64,000 nt of DNA from an uncultured Gemmatimonadaceae bacterium. GTDB lineage: Bacteria > Gemmatimonadota > Gemmatimonadetes > Gemmatimonadales > Gemmatimonadaceae. The stretch covers positions 448,001 to 512,000 of the forward strand of contig CAWHHI010000003.1 in NCBI GenBank assembly GCA_963829055.1, given 5' to 3'. Positions within the stretch are counted from its first letter, which is position 1; each line of letters begins with the position of its first letter. The notes beneath the pieces were generated by a model. The model was not told where the DNA came from and searched no databases. It saw nothing but the letters and a program-made list of their open reading frames with translations. A program made the position numbers and the translations under genes. Below, one piece after another: positions 31,635 through 42,792 of this stretch.

Positions 31635-32233
31635 GGGCGACCATCTTCGACTACGGGGCGGGGAACATCCACTCGCTCGCGAAGGCCATTGAAGCGGCGG
31701 GAGCGACGGTAGTCGTCGAGCCTGATCCGCGCCGCGCCGTGGACACGGACGTGTTGGTGCTTCCCGGGGTCGGTGCGTTCGGTGCGGCAGCCGAGCGCTT
31801 GGCGCCTGGGCGAGACGCGATGCGTGATGCGCTCGCAAACGGCCTCCCCTGCCTCGGCATCTGTCTCGGCATGCAGCTGTTCCTCGATGGGAGCGAGGAA
31901 AGCGCGCCTAACGCCGGCGGGCTCGGCATCATCCCGGGGCAGGTGACGCGACTCCGAGCGCGGCACGTACCACAGATCGGATGGAACTCCATCGATCAGG
32001 GCGTGGATCCCTTGCTCGAGGACGCGCCGCTCGCGTACGCGTACTACGCCAACAGCTACGTCTGTCGTCCAGCGGACGATTCCGTGGTCCGCGCCTGGAG
32101 CACGCACGACGACGATCGGTTCGCGGCGGTCGTGCGGAAGGGCAATACCGTCGGAGTGCAGTTCCATCCGGAGAAGAGCTCGGCCCCCGGCCTGCGATTC
32201 CTGCGCGCCTTTCTCGCCGGTGCAGCTCGATGA
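31631..32233 (+). CDS. hisH: IGP synthase glutaminase subunit
   Basis: DYGAGN, LPGVG, GICLGMQ, QFHPEKS. Confidence 0.96.
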   Translation: MRATIFDYGAGNIHSLAKAIEAAGATVVVEPDPRRAVDTDVLVLPGVGAFGAAAERLAPGRDAMRDALANGLPCLGICLGMQLFLDGSEESAPNAGGLGIIPGQVTRLRARHVPQIGWNSIDQGVDPLLEDAPLAYAYYANSYVCRPADDSVVRAWSTHDDDRFAAVVRKGNTVGVQFHPEKSSAPGLRFLRAFLAGAAR

Positions 32234-32943
32234 TCGCGATCCCGGCGATCGATCTCCGTGAGGGGGCGTGCGTACAGCTCGTGGGTGGCGAGTACGCGGA
32301 GGAGCGCGTGCGACTTCCCGACCCGCTCGCCGTCGCACGCGAGTGGACGCGCTACGGGTTTCGGCGGCTGCACGTCGTCGACCTCGATGCCGCGACCGGG
32401 CGAGGATCTAACGAGCGCGTCGTCGCGGACCTGCTGCGTGAGGCTTCCGTGGACGTACAGGTCGGTGGAGGCATTCGAAGCACGACACAGGTCGAAGCGT
32501 TGCTCGCGAGCGGGGCGCGCGCGGTCGTGGTGGGCACCCGAGCGCTCGAGGATGCCGACTGGCTCGCCCGCGTCTCCAGCGCGTACCCTAACGAGATTCT
32601 CGTCGCCGCAGATGTCCGCGACCGCCGAGTCGTCACGCACGGGTGGACCCGGACGCTACCGCGAGAGATCATGGACGTGACCGAGGAACTGAGCACGCTG
32701 CCACTGGCGGGGCTTCTCGTCACGGCCGTGCATCGCGAGGGCAAGATGCAAGGCACCGACTTGTTTCTGATGGAGGACGTCGTGGAGGCAGCATCGTTCC
32801 CCGTGTACGCGTCGGGCGGTATCAGGTCTCTCGCTGACCTCCGCGCGTTGGCTGACCGAGGTATCGCCGCCGCGATCATCGGGATGGCGCTGTACACAGG
32901 CGCCATCGATCCGTGGCAGACCGCCGAGGAGTTTTCCGAATGA
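32230..32943 (+). CDS. hisA: ProFAR isomerase
   Basis: IPAIDLREGACVQL, LHVVDLD, QVGGGIR, ASGGI. Confidence 0.95.
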   Translation: MIAIPAIDLREGACVQLVGGEYAEERVRLPDPLAVAREWTRYGFRRLHVVDLDAATGRGSNERVVADLLREASVDVQVGGGIRSTTQVEALLASGARAVVVGTRALEDADWLARVSSAYPNEILVAADVRDRRVVTHGWTRTLPREIMDVTEELSTLPLAGLLVTAVHREGKMQGTDLFLMEDVVEAASFPVYASGGIRSLADLRALADRGIAAAIIGMALYTGAIDPWQTAEEFSE

Positions 32944-33467
32944 GTGTCGTCGAGCGAGAGACATCCGAAACCCGCGTGCGCCTCGAGATCACGAGAGGCG
33001 ATGGGCGATCGTCGATTGCCACCGGTCTCAGGTTTCTCGACCACATGATGGTGACGCTCGCTCGATATTCAGGACTCGACATCTCGCTGCAAGCGAGCGG
33101 CGACCTCAAGCATCATCTCGTCGAGGATGTCGGCATCGCGTTCGGTGCGGCGCTCGCCCAGCACACGCCGGCGACGTGCGCGCGGTACGGTCACCGCGTC
33201 ATTCCGATGGACGAGGCGCTGGTCGAAGTCGCCGTCGATATCGGTGGGCGGCCGTACTATCGCGGACGACTCCCCAGCTCTCTGTACGATCACTGGTTCC
33301 GGTCGTTCAGCGACCACGCACACGCGACGGTTCACGTGCGCGTACTTCGTGGCGAAGACCGACACCACATCGTGGAGGCGGCGTTCAAGGCCCTCGGCAT
33401 GGCACTGCGCGATGCGCTCGTTGATTCCGGTACGGTGTTCAGTACCAAGGGCGCCGTCCGATGGTGA
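32940..33467 (+). CDS. hisB: Imidazoleglycerol-phosphate dehydratase
   Basis: RETSET, FLDHM, HHLVED, PMDEA, HHIVEAAFKA. Confidence 0.95.
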   Translation: MSVVERETSETRVRLEITRGDGRSSIATGLRFLDHMMVTLARYSGLDISLQASGDLKHHLVEDVGIAFGAALAQHTPATCARYGHRVIPMDEALVEVAVDIGGRPYYRGRLPSSLYDHWFRSFSDHAHATVHVRVLRGEDRHHIVEAAFKALGMALRDALVDSGTVFSTKGAVRW

Positions 33468-34219
33468 CGCGTCGCGTGATCGTGTGCCTCGACGTGAAGG
33501 GCAGCCGAGTGGTGAAGGGCGTGCAGTTCGAATCGCTGCGCGACGTCGGCGATCCGATCGCCCTGGCCGCGCGCTACGAGGCGGACGGGGCAGACGAGAT
33601 CGTGTACCTCGACATCTCGGCAAGCGCCGAAGAGCGGGCGACACTGCTCGACCTCGCGCGACGCACGGCGGAGCGGTTGTTCATCCCGCTCACGATCGGC
33701 GGCGGCATCCGATCGTCCGACGATGTCGCGCGCGCCTTACGCGCCGGCGCCGACAAGGTTGGCGTGAATACTGCCGCGGTAGATTCGCCTGAGTTGGTAT
33801 CCGACTGTGCCGAACGGTTCGGGGCGCAATGCGTCGTGGTCAGCATCGACGCCAAGCGGGGTGATTCCGGCTGGCGCGTATACACGCACGGCGGTCGCAC
33901 GCCGACGTCGCTCGACGCCGTCCAGTGGGCACAAGAGTGCGCACGGCGTGGCGCCGGCGAGATCCTCATCACGAGCATCGATCGCGATGGCGCGAGGAGC
34001 GGATACGACCTCGAGCTCACGGCCGCTATCGCTGATTCGGTCAGCGTGCCAGTCATCGCCAGCGGTGGCGCCGGATCGGCAACACACGTGTGCGACGCGA
34101 TCACCCTCGGCCATGCGGATGCGGCGCTGGTCGCCGGCATCGTACACGACGGCGTCACCACGGTGCGCCAGATCAAAGACGAGATGATGACCCACAACAT
34201 CCCAATCCGCGCCGCATGA
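33461..34219 (+). CDS. hisF: IGP synthase cyclase subunit
   Basis: CLDV..VVKG, TIGGGI, TSIDRDG, IASGGAG. Confidence 0.96.
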   Translation: MVTRRVIVCLDVKGSRVVKGVQFESLRDVGDPIALAARYEADGADEIVYLDISASAEERATLLDLARRTAERLFIPLTIGGGIRSSDDVARALRAGADKVGVNTAAVDSPELVSDCAERFGAQCVVVSIDAKRGDSGWRVYTHGGRTPTSLDAVQWAQECARRGAGEILITSIDRDGARSGYDLELTAAIADSVSVPVIASGGAGSATHVCDAITLGHADAALVAGIVHDGVTTVRQIKDEMMTHNIPIRAA

Positions 34220-35042
34220 GAGACGAGCGCACGCGATACGCTGCTCCAGGCCGTCGCCGACGTCGCGCGCCTAACGGGGCAGGCAGCCTTGGCCCACTAC
34301 CGCACGAATCTCGACGTCGAGACAAAGCGTGACGGGAGCCCGGTCACCGTCGCCGATCGTGCCGCGGAGGAAGCGGCTCGCGCATGGATCTCGGCTCGCT
34401 TCCCGAACGATTCCATCCTCGGCGAGGAATTTGGTGCAGATGGTGACCAAAACGCTCGCCGCTGGATCATCGATCCGATCGATGGGACCAAGACGTTCGT
34501 ACGCGGCGTTCCGTTGTGGGGAACGCTCATCGGCGTCGCGCGTGGCGAGGACGTGCTCGCGGGCGCGGTGTACTGCCCGGGCGTCGACGAAATGGTCGTC
34601 GCGGCAGTCGGCGAGGGATGCTGGTGGAACGGTTCGCGGGCGCGCGTCTCCGAGTGCGAGAATCTTGCCGCAGGCCACGGTTCTCGTGACCGATGATCGA
34701 TTCCCCGGACGACCGGAACGCGGAGGTCGTTGGGCGGCGGTCGCGGCCGATGCGGCGATCGCGCGCACGTGGGGCGATTGCTACGGCTACCTCCTCGTCG
34801 CGACTGGCCGCGCGGAGCTCATGGTGGACAATCTCATGTCACCGTGGGACGCCGCCGCGCTCGTGCCTGTCGTACGTGAAGCAGGGGGTGAGTTCAGCGA
34901 TTGGGGCGGGCGCGTCACCGCATTCGGCGACGGCGCCATGGCCACGAACGGCGCGCTCGCCGCGTCACTCCGCTCGCGCCTTGGCGTACCGTGGCCCGCC
35001 GGCGAACGGGTGAATGCCTCTTCCGGTACGACCGGTGCCTAA
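34216..35042 (+). CDS. hisN: Histidinol-phosphate phosphatase, inositol monophosphatase family (two apparent frameshifts)
   Basis: [20 protein letters not shown] in one frame; [15 protein letters not shown] in the next; his operon position. Confidence 0.85.
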
Positions 35043-35671
35043 CGCGCCCTCGACTCGACATCACAGCGCTCGATTTCGTGAAGGGCGGAGGATTGGTTTC
35101 GGTCATCGTTCAGGACGCGACGTCTGGCTCTGTATTGATGACGGCGTACGCCGACCGCGAAGCACTCGAGCGCACGTTGGAGACCGGCGAGATGCACTTC
35201 CGCTCTCGGACGCGCGGGCTCTGGCACAAGGGCGCGACCAGCGGGAATACACAGCGCGTCGTCTCGCTCGAGGCGGACTGCGATGGCGACGCTGTGCTGG
35301 CACGCGTCGTTCCGTCCGGGCCCGCATGCCATACGGGAAGCACGTCGTGCTTCGCAAAGACCGCGGTCGGGGCGGATGCGCTTGGTGAGCTCGATGTGAC
35401 GATCGCCGAGCGCGTTGGCGAACAGGATGCCCAAGCCGCCGTTGCCGCGCGCCCGAGCTACACGCGACGGCTGCTCTCCGACCGCAACCTGCGTCTCAAG
35501 AAGTTAGGCGAGGAATGCGCCGAGCTCGTGACGGCGTGTGCAGACAACGATCGCAGTCGCGCGACCGAGGAGGCCGCGGACCTCATCTATCATACGCTGG
35601 TCGCGCTGCGCTCCGTCGGCGCGACGCTCGACGACGTGAGACACGTGCTCGCCGCGCGGCGGCGCGAGTAG
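35035..35671 (+). CDS. hisIE: Bifunctional PR-AMP cyclohydrolase / PR-ATP pyrophosphatase (start uncertain, possible frameshift)
   Basis: [43 protein letters not shown]. Confidence 0.93.
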
Positions 35672-35708
35672 ACGATACTCAGCGGCACCCGACGCGGCGC
35701 AGCCCGAG

Positions 35709-37082
35709 TCAGAAACCGCGAAGCGCGCGCGCCGACAGCCGCGCCGAGTCGCCGACATAGGCGAATCGAATGTCGCGCATGTACTGCCGCGCGACACGCT
35801 GCACGTCCTCCGGGCTCACGTCGCGGAGCTCGTCCACGAACAGATCCGCGACGCGAAAATCGCCGCGGTAGAGTTGAGCGCGGGCGAGGAAGTTCGCCTG
35901 TTCTCCGTTCGTCTCGTTGTTGAGGAAGTACTCGGTGATGAACTGCTGCACGAGTCGTTCGAGTGCCTCGCGATCGATCGTCCCCTGCCGCAGCGCGGTG
36001 ATCTGTTGCTGCATGAGCGCGAGCGTCGTGTCCGGCGAGACGGTCGTTACGTACAGACCTCCCGACGCGATCGCGCGCTCGACGAACGGCGCGTCCACCG
36101 CGTACGTGAGATTGCGACGCGAGCGGATCTCCGCGAAGAGTTGTCCCGACAGCACCGCGGCCGCGACGCGTAGCGCCTGGTAATCCTTGCTCCCGGCCGG
36201 CGGGCCAAGGTAGTACCCGAGGATGTAGTTGGTCGGGAGAGAGCGCGGTTCGATCGCGAATCCCGTGGCGCGCGGCGGCACGCTGTCGGGGAGTGTCCAC
36301 CGATATGTCCCGGCAGGCAGTTTCGCGAGCGTGCGGGTGACGAGTTTTTCCACCTGCGCTCGCGCGACATTGCCGACGATGACCACCATCATACGCGACT
36401 TCACGATCTGCTCGTCGTGATACCGCTTGAGTGCGGCGACGCTGAGGCGCGCCAGCGACCGTTCGGTGCCGAGCGGCGAGCGCGCGTACGGATGGCCGGA
36501 GAACGCGAACGTATCGGCGACGAAGGAGGCCAGTGCGTCCGGGTTATCGCCACGTTGCCTAACGGCTGCCAGGAGTTGCTCTCGGACGAGAGCGACCTGC
36601 GCCGAGTCGAGCGTCGGGTGCATGAGTCGGCTCGCCATCACCGACCACGTCGAGTCGAAGCCTTCGCGCGTCGCGCGCAGTCCGAAGATCGTCCAGTCCG
36701 TTTCCGGATCGACGACGATCGAGCTCCCGAGTCGCGAGAGTGTCGTGCGCACGCGCTCGCCCGTGTACTCGCGCGTACCGCGGTCCGAGGCTTCCAGGAG
36801 CAGCGGCTCGATCCCGGCGTTGTCGTCGGTGATCTGACGAACCCCGCCCAGGAGGTACACGTTCGCGGCAACGATGTCGTTCGCTGGCGTTAGGCGGTGA
36901 ATGATCCGGACGCCGCTGACCTCGTAGCTCGTGGTCAGGCTGTCGTGCACCGACGCTCTCGTGCGCGACGTGGCCGGCATGGCGTTGCCCGGCGTCTGGG
37001 CGCCTGCCGGCGCAGTGAGCGCGAGGAACGCCGCCAGAGCCAGCGCGGGGCGTGGCACGAGCAGGCGCCTACCCACCGTCAT
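35709..37082 (-). CDS. M16 peptidase family, non-catalytic partner subunit
   Basis: Signal peptide; M16 C-terminal LFAEIRSRRNLTY; no HXXEH. Confidence 0.82.
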   Translation of the reverse strand: MTVGRRLLVPRPALALAAFLALTAPAGAQTPGNAMPATSRTRASVHDSLTTSYEVSGVRIIHRLTPANDIVAANVYLLGGVRQITDDNAGIEPLLLEASDRGTREYTGERVRTTLSRLGSSIVVDPETDWTIFGLRATREGFDSTWSVMASRLMHPTLDSAQVALVREQLLAAVRQRGDNPDALASFVADTFAFSGHPYARSPLGTERSLARLSVAALKRYHDEQIVKSRMMVVIVGNVARAQVEKLVTRTLAKLPAGTYRWTLPDSVPPRATGFAIEPRSLPTNYILGYYLGPPAGSKDYQALRVAAAVLSGQLFAEIRSRRNLTYAVDAPFVERAIASGGLYVTTVSPDTTLALMQQQITALRQGTIDREALERLVQQFITEYFLNNETNGEQANFLARAQLYRGDFRVADLFVDELRDVSPEDVQRVARQYMRDIRFAYVGDSARLSARALRGF

Positions 37083-37090
37083 GGCTCGCT

Positions 37091-38500
37091 TCACTGCGCT
37101 ATGCCCCGCGGGAGGAGGTCTGCCGCGGTCAACGCGATCGACTGACGCGCTTCCGCCGGAATCACGACGCCGGTGATCCTCGGCTTGCCGACGATGTACT
37201 TCGACGCGTACCCACGAAGATCGGCGAGACTCTGCGTCGCCATGTTGTCCACATACCCCATGTAGTACTCGAGGTCGGCGACGCTCCACCAAAAGCCGAT
37301 GGTCTGGCTGAACCCCGACGCCCGCTCACGACCGAACGCCGAGCTGACGGCGCGCTGCGCTTTCACAGCCTCCAGCTCATCCTTCGAGATGTAGCCCGGC
37401 TCCGTGAACCGCTGAATCTCCGCGTCGAGCGCCGCCAGTGCGCTCTTCAACTTCTCGGGCGTCGTCTGGCCGCTGATCGTGATCGGACCGACGTGGTCGA
37501 GTGTGTAGTAGTTGACGCCGATCGACTGCCAGAGACCGGTGTCCACGAGGTGCTTCTGCAGCGTGGAGTTCGGCTGGTTGAGCGCGTCGGAAAAGACATC
37601 TGCCGCGTAGGTGGCTTTCGGATCCTTTCGGACGCTCGGGCCCTGCCACTGGATCATCACCGTGATTGCGCCCACAGGCTGCTCGATGATGAGCGCGTCG
37701 CTCTTCTGGAGTTGCGGGATCGGCGGGATTGGGTCGGCCACGAACGGATCCTTGCCACGAGCCCAGTCGCCATAGGTCCTCTCGGCGAGGGCGAATACGC
37801 TGTCGGGCGTCACGTCGCCGGTGATGACGAGCACGGAGTTGTTAGGCACGTAGTACTTCTGCTGGATGACGCGCATCTTCTCCGGCGTCACGCCGAGAAT
37901 CACGTCCCGGTCGCCGATGACGTTCTTGCGGCTCCACTGTCCGGGGTACAGTCGCTTGCTGATCTCGGACTGCAGCTTGAAGAACGGGTTCGACTCGTTG
38001 CGGTCGTACTCCCCGATCACGACCTGGCGCTCGCGCTCGATCTCTTCCTTCAGGAACAGCGGCGCGCGGAGCGCGTCGGCGATCGCCTGCATCCCACCGG
38101 CGAGACTGTCCGCGGGAAGCGTCATGTAGTACGCGACGCGCTCTTCGTCCGTGCGCCCGTTGAAAACGGCGCCGAGCTCGGCAGCACGGTCGATGAACTG
38201 GTCGGGCTCGGGCAGATGGATGTTGGCCTTGAAGAACATGTGCTCGTACATGTGCGCGAGGCCGGCGTACTCTGGCGTTTGCGTGAACGAGCCGTTCTTG
38301 ACGTCGATCTCTACCGTCGCGAGCGGTACGCCATGGTTCTCGACGACGATGACCTCGAGCCCGTTGGTCAGCACGCGCCGCTTGATGATCTTATCGAGCT
38401 CGGCGCGTTGCGCGTGGGCCGGCGCGGCCGTCAAGGCGACGGCGGCAAGTGCGAGCGCGTGCAACCACCAGGCGCTGCGTCGGATCGACTTCGAAATGAT
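37091..38500 (-). CDS. M16 (pitrilysin-like) zinc peptidase, catalytic subunit; start approximate
   Basis: LTNGLEVIV, GLAHMYEHMFF (HXXEH), ERERQVVIGE, YYVPNN. Confidence 0.9.
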   Translation of the reverse strand: MISKSIRRSAWWLHALALAAVALTAAPAHAQRAELDKIIKRRVLTNGLEVIVVENHGVPLATVEIDVKNGSFTQTPEYAGLAHMYEHMFFKANIHLPEPDQFIDRAAELGAVFNGRTDEERVAYYMTLPADSLAGGMQAIADALRAPLFLKEEIERERQVVIGEYDRNESNPFFKLQSEISKRLYPGQWSRKNVIGDRDVILGVTPEKMRVIQQKYYVPNNSVLVITGDVTPDSVFALAERTYGDWARGKDPFVADPIPPIPQLQKSDALIIEQPVGAITVMIQWQGPSVRKDPKATYAADVFSDALNQPNSTLQKHLVDTGLWQSIGVNYYTLDHVGPITISGQTTPEKLKSALAALDAEIQRFTEPGYISKDELEAVKAQRAVSSAFGRERASGFSQTIGFWWSVADLEYYMGYVDNMATQSLADLRGYASKYIVGKPRITGVVIPAEARQSIALTAADLLPRGIAQ

Positions 38501-38576
38501 TCGGGAGATGGGCGTACCCTCTACAGAGCTCTCAACGCTGGCAATCGGCGCGCATCGCGGACTTCTTTCCACTTCC

Positions 38577-39527
38577 ATGCCTCACACTCATTTCGCCGAC
38601 CCGATCTTGCGACTTGGCGACCGGATCAACGCGGCGCGACTCAAGCGGGACGAGCCACTCGCGCCATACACCACGTTTCGGATCGGAGGTCCGGCCGACC
38701 TCTTCTACGATGCCACGTCCGCAGACGATCTCGCAAACGCAATATCGGCTGCGCGTCAGGCAACAATGCCGTTTTTCGTACTCGGTTTGGGCGCGAACAT
38801 CCTCGTTGGCGATGCCGGGTTTCGCGGCCTTGTGATCCGAAACGCCGCTCGACACGTCCGATTCGCGGAAGATGGTCGTGTGTGGTGCGAGAGTGGCGTC
38901 ATAATGCGCGAGTTGATTGCCGAATCGGTGCGTCGGGGTCTTTCGGGCTTGGAGCACTACGTGGGAATTCCCAGCACCGTTGGCGGCGCGGTGTGGCAGA
39001 ACCTCCACTTCCTCTCGCCGGCGCCCGAACGTGAGCGCACGATGTTCATCGAAGAGGTATTCGAGTCTGCCGAGCTCTTGAATGAGAGGGATGAACGCCA
39101 TCTCGTCGACAAGACGTACATGAAGTTCGGGTACGATACGAGCGTCCTCCACTCCGGTCGTGAGATCGCGCTGGCGGTGACCTTCCGACTCACCCCTGGA
39201 GACACCGGCGCGATGCATCGCATCATGCAGGAGAACCTGAGCTGGCGGGGTGCGCGTCACCCATGGCTCGAGATTCATCCGAGCGCCGGATCTATCTTCA
39301 AGAAGATCGAGGGCGTCGGGGCGGGTCGCTTGGTCGACCAGTGCGGCTTGAAGGGTTTTCGGATTGGCGACGCGCAGATCTCGCACATTCACGCGAACAT
39401 CATGGTGAACCTCGGTCGCGCGACGGCCGCCGATGTTCGCGCGCTGATCGCGCATGCACAGCAGTGCGTCTTCGAGAAGTTCGGCCAGCGTCTCGAGCCG
39501 GAGATCGGCTTCATCGGCGAATTCTGA
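38577..39527 (+). CDS. murB: UDP-N-acetylenolpyruvoylglucosamine reductase
   Basis: YTTFRIGGPA, GLGANILV, GIPSTVGGA, SAGSIFK, HANIMVN, LEPEI. Confidence 0.95.
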   Translation: MPHTHFADPILRLGDRINAARLKRDEPLAPYTTFRIGGPADLFYDATSADDLANAISAARQATMPFFVLGLGANILVGDAGFRGLVIRNAARHVRFAEDGRVWCESGVIMRELIAESVRRGLSGLEHYVGIPSTVGGAVWQNLHFLSPAPERERTMFIEEVFESAELLNERDERHLVDKTYMKFGYDTSVLHSGREIALAVTFRLTPGDTGAMHRIMQENLSWRGARHPWLEIHPSAGSIFKKIEGVGAGRLVDQCGLKGFRIGDAQISHIHANIMVNLGRATAADVRALIAHAQQCVFEKFGQRLEPEIGFIGEF

Positions 39528-39558
39528 TCATGCCGCGACACATGGCTTGGCCCAGGAC

Positions 39559-41769
39559 TTAGAGCACCTGCGCCAACCCCACCACGAATCGCCAGGACTG
39601 CCGGTGGTCGGTCGCGCGCGCGACGCCAACGCTCACCGCACCGCCGAAGAACCGCAGGCGAAAATCGATGGACGACTTGAAGCCATCCGTTGGACGCGAC
39701 ACAGGGGAGCCCGCGCCGCTTTCGGGTCTGCCTAGCACCGAATCCCCGGACGTCCCGAGTCGCCGAATCGATGACAGGGCCGACGCGTTCGTCGCTGAGG
39801 CCCAGCCGGACTGGGCTCCGAACGAGAGCGCGGGCGCTACAGCCGGAAGCACCACGCGTCCGAGACGGAGCGGCGCCCGCCATAACGCCAGCGGATACAT
39901 GACGAGTCCGCGGATCACGACGGCTTCGTTCCCGGCAAACTCCTTGTAGCCGTAGCCGGGCAGATTCTGGTTCTCGCCGAGTTCGAAGAGTTGCTGCGGA
40001 GGAATCGAATCGCCGACGACCACCCCCACGTCGGCCCTGGCCGCGTAGATCATCGGGCCGAACGCGCGGCGCGCCACGAGTCGAAGCTCTGCCCGTCGCC
40101 ACGAGATGTCGCCTGACGCCGCTTCGGCCTGCAGCAACGCGCCGAATCCGGGCCGCACGAAAGCGGCGTTGACGTCCGGATGAACTTCGAGCTTCATCGT
40201 GGCGACCCGGTATCGCCCCGCGTCGACACCGCGGTTGAAGCGGAACCCGGAATCGGGATGGGCGAACGGACCTTGGTCGCGACGAGCGGCGGCGTAGCGA
40301 TCCGACGCGACACCACCTTCGACGCGCAGACGAACGTCGCGCCGCGGCGTGAGGAATCGCGTTAGGCCGACGAGGGTGATGTGTCGGTCGACGTAGTCGT
40401 AGTCGTCCACCGAGAACAGCGCTCCGAGCGTCGACCCGCTGTCGAACGGTTCGCGAAAGTCATTCGTAATATCGAGCGACCGGCCCATTCTGAGAGACGG
40501 CCACCATTGGCCGAGCTGCCGTTCGACCGATGCACGTCCACGAATGGCGCTTTCCGTCCAGGCGTGGCCTATGGTTCCCCGCACGATGACGCCGGGCGCT
40601 GCGTCGCGCAGCTTGACCTCGCCCGAGACGCCCGTGTACGCGCCTTCAATGCGGTTGTAGTGAAACAGATCCGTGGGCTCCTGGTAGTGCAGCCGAGCGA
40701 GCGGCGCGCCGGTCGGGCGCCACGAGTCGGGCGCGAGGTCCGTGAAATCGTCGGCGCGAGCGTCGCCGGTGAGCTCACCCATGTCCCGGGACCACCCCGC
40801 GAACCGATCGAGGCTATCGCGCGGCGCGAACGTTAGGCGGTAGGGCACGAGGCGCAGCGTGTCCCCCGCATCCGCGACAGTCAACGTATCTCGCGGATTT
40901 ACCGTCATTGCCCTGAAGCGCGAGATGACACGGAACACGGCGCGCTGGTCACCGAGCAGCGTCATCGTCGCCTGTGCTTCGATGCGCTGGTAGGTGGGGA
41001 GCCAGTATCGCTGCTCGAACTCGCCGTTCTCGAGCTCCACGTACGCGATGGCGTCGATTTGGGACGCGATCAGCCGTGTGCGCACGTTGGGCTTGGGCCC
41101 GACCGTCACGAAGTACCCGCGCATACGCACGATTTCGGCGCGCTGCGCATCGAGCTCGATGTCGCCGCGGAACACGGCCGTCTTCCGCGTTAGGCGATCC
41201 GCGCGCGGCTCGACGTGCACCCTCACCACGGGGATGTCGCGCGCACCGGGGTTGATCGTCACCACCGTGTCGCCGCCGGAAAAGCGGTACACGCGCTCGC
41301 GATCGTCGGCAAAGGGGTGAACGGCAACGGTCACGTCGGCGCGAGCCTGGCGTTGACGTCGGCGCCTCGTGGAGTCCGGCTGGCCGAACAACAACGTGAT
41401 CCGATTTCCATACAGGATCGGAACCGTCCACGCCTGGCGAAACAGCCCGACCGCCGAGACCGTGAAGCCCACGGATTGCGACCGATAGCCGATCACCCGC
41501 TGCTCGTACCGCCCCGTGCGATCCCACCGCACCGCATTTGCGGTCTGCTCGACGGAGAACGTCTGCTCGGTGCCGTCGGACTGTCGCGCCACGAAGGCCA
41601 TTTCGCTCTCGACGCGCGCGTGATACGCGCGGAGCGAATCCGGCACGCGGCGATTCGCCACCGCCGCCCGTTCGACGAGCTGCCGCACGCCCGGCGTCGA
41701 GTACGTCGAATCGACGGTCGCGGGCGTGGGGACCTGGAGCGCCACGCCAAGCAGCAACGCCAGCAGCAT
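39559..41769 (-). CDS. Large exported protein, probable outer-membrane beta-barrel
   Basis: Signal peptide; HYNRIEG followed by alternating beta strands to the C-terminus. Confidence 0.65.
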   Translation of the reverse strand: MLLALLLGVALQVPTPATVDSTYSTPGVRQLVERAAVANRRVPDSLRAYHARVESEMAFVARQSDGTEQTFSVEQTANAVRWDRTGRYEQRVIGYRSQSVGFTVSAVGLFRQAWTVPILYGNRITLLFGQPDSTRRRRQRQARADVTVAVHPFADDRERVYRFSGGDTVVTINPGARDIPVVRVHVEPRADRLTRKTAVFRGDIELDAQRAEIVRMRGYFVTVGPKPNVRTRLIASQIDAIAYVELENGEFEQRYWLPTYQRIEAQATMTLLGDQRAVFRVISRFRAMTVNPRDTLTVADAGDTLRLVPYRLTFAPRDSLDRFAGWSRDMGELTGDARADDFTDLAPDSWRPTGAPLARLHYQEPTDLFHYNRIEGAYTGVSGEVKLRDAAPGVIVRGTIGHAWTESAIRGRASVERQLGQWWPSLRMGRSLDITNDFREPFDSGSTLGALFSVDDYDYVDRHITLVGLTRFLTPRRDVRLRVEGGVASDRYAAARRDQGPFAHPDSGFRFNRGVDAGRYRVATMKLEVHPDVNAAFVRPGFGALLQAEAASGDISWRRAELRLVARRAFGPMIYAARADVGVVVGDSIPPQQLFELGENQNLPGYGYKEFAGNEAVVIRGLVMYPLALWRAPLRLGRVVLPAVAPALSFGAQSGWASATNASALSSIRRLGTSGDSVLGRPESGAGSPVSRPTDGFKSSIDFRLRFFGGAVSVGVARATDHRQSWRFVVGLAQVL

Positions 41770-41784
41770 CCGAGGTGCGGTGCT

Positions 41785-42792
41785 CTAGTCGGTGGGTGCC
41801 GTCGCTCGCTCTTCGCGCCGCGTGACGACGACTGACGCCAATACACCGATGGCGAGAATGAGCGCCACGATGCCGAGCAGATAGAAATTGAAGCTCGGCC
41901 CCACGAAGTCGTTCAGCCACTTGGACGTGAGCATTTTCACGCCAACGAGGCCGAGGATGGCGGCGAGGGAGACCTTCAGGTACCGGAACTTCGTGATCGC
42001 GCCCGCGAGGGCGAAATACAGGGAGCGAAGTCCGAGGATCGCGAACACGTTGCTCGTGAACACGATGAACGGGTCGGTCGTGATCGCGAAGATCGCCGGG
42101 ATGGAATCGACCGCGAAGATGAGATCAGTCGTCTCCACGAGCACCAGCGCGACCGCCAACGGCGTCAGCATCCAACGCCCGCCGTCGCGAATGAGGAAGT
42201 GCGACTCGCGGTAGTCCTCGCAAACCGGGAACACGCGCTTGACGATGCGCATGACGATCGCCTCGTCGGGATCCGTGGCCTCGTCCGTTTTCGACCACAG
42301 CATCTTCAGCGCGGTGTAGACCAGAAACACGCCGAAGAGGTAGAGAATCCAGTGGTACCGCGTCACCAGCTGCGCGCCGAGCCCGATCATCGTCCCACGC
42401 ATAGCCAGCGCGCCGAGGATGCCCCAGAACAACACGCGATGCTGGAATTTCGGCGGTACCCGAAGGTGTTCGAAGATCATCGCGATCACGAACACGTTGT
42501 CGGCGCTCAGCGACACCTCGATGATGTAGCCGGTGAAGAATTTCACCGCCGCGAGTCGGCCATCGTTGACGACGCCGTCCACACGATCGACGTGCTGCCC
42601 TAGGCCCAGCCAGTGATGCTCGTACGCGAAGTAGACGAACACGCCGAACAGCGTCGCGATCGCGACGACAGCGACGGTGAACGTCAGCGCTTCCTTCACC
42701 GACACGACGTGGGCTTTCCGGTTCAGAACGCCCAGGTCCAGCGCGAGCACTAGAAAGATGAAGAGGAGAAATCCCCCCCAAACCCAGATCAC
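41785..42792 (-). CDS. TerC/Alx family membrane protein
   Basis: SLSADNVFV, QHRVLFWGILGA, DLIFAVDSIPA, SNVFAILGLRSLYF. Confidence 0.93.
   Translation of the reverse strand: MIWVWGGFLLFIFLVLALDLGVLNRKAHVVSVKEALTFTVAVVAIATLFGVFVYFAYEHHWLGLGQHVDRVDGVVNDGRLAAVKFFTGYIIEVSLSADNVFVIAMIFEHLRVPPKFQHRVLFWGILGALAMRGTMIGLGAQLVTRYHWILYLFGVFLVYTALKMLWSKTDEATDPDEAIVMRIVKRVFPVCEDYRESHFLIRDGGRWMLTPLAVALVLVETTDLIFAVDSIPAIFAITTDPFIVFTSNVFAILGLRSLYFALAGAITKFRYLKVSLAAILGLVGVKMLTSKWLNDFVGPSFNFYLLGIVALILAIGVLASVVVTRREERATAPTD

Noticed and set aside
37052..39455. Long alternative ORFs (37052..39034 +, 38532..39455 -) and similar shadow ORFs elsewhere
   Set aside because: Antisense or off-frame shadows of well-supported genes, common at high GC.
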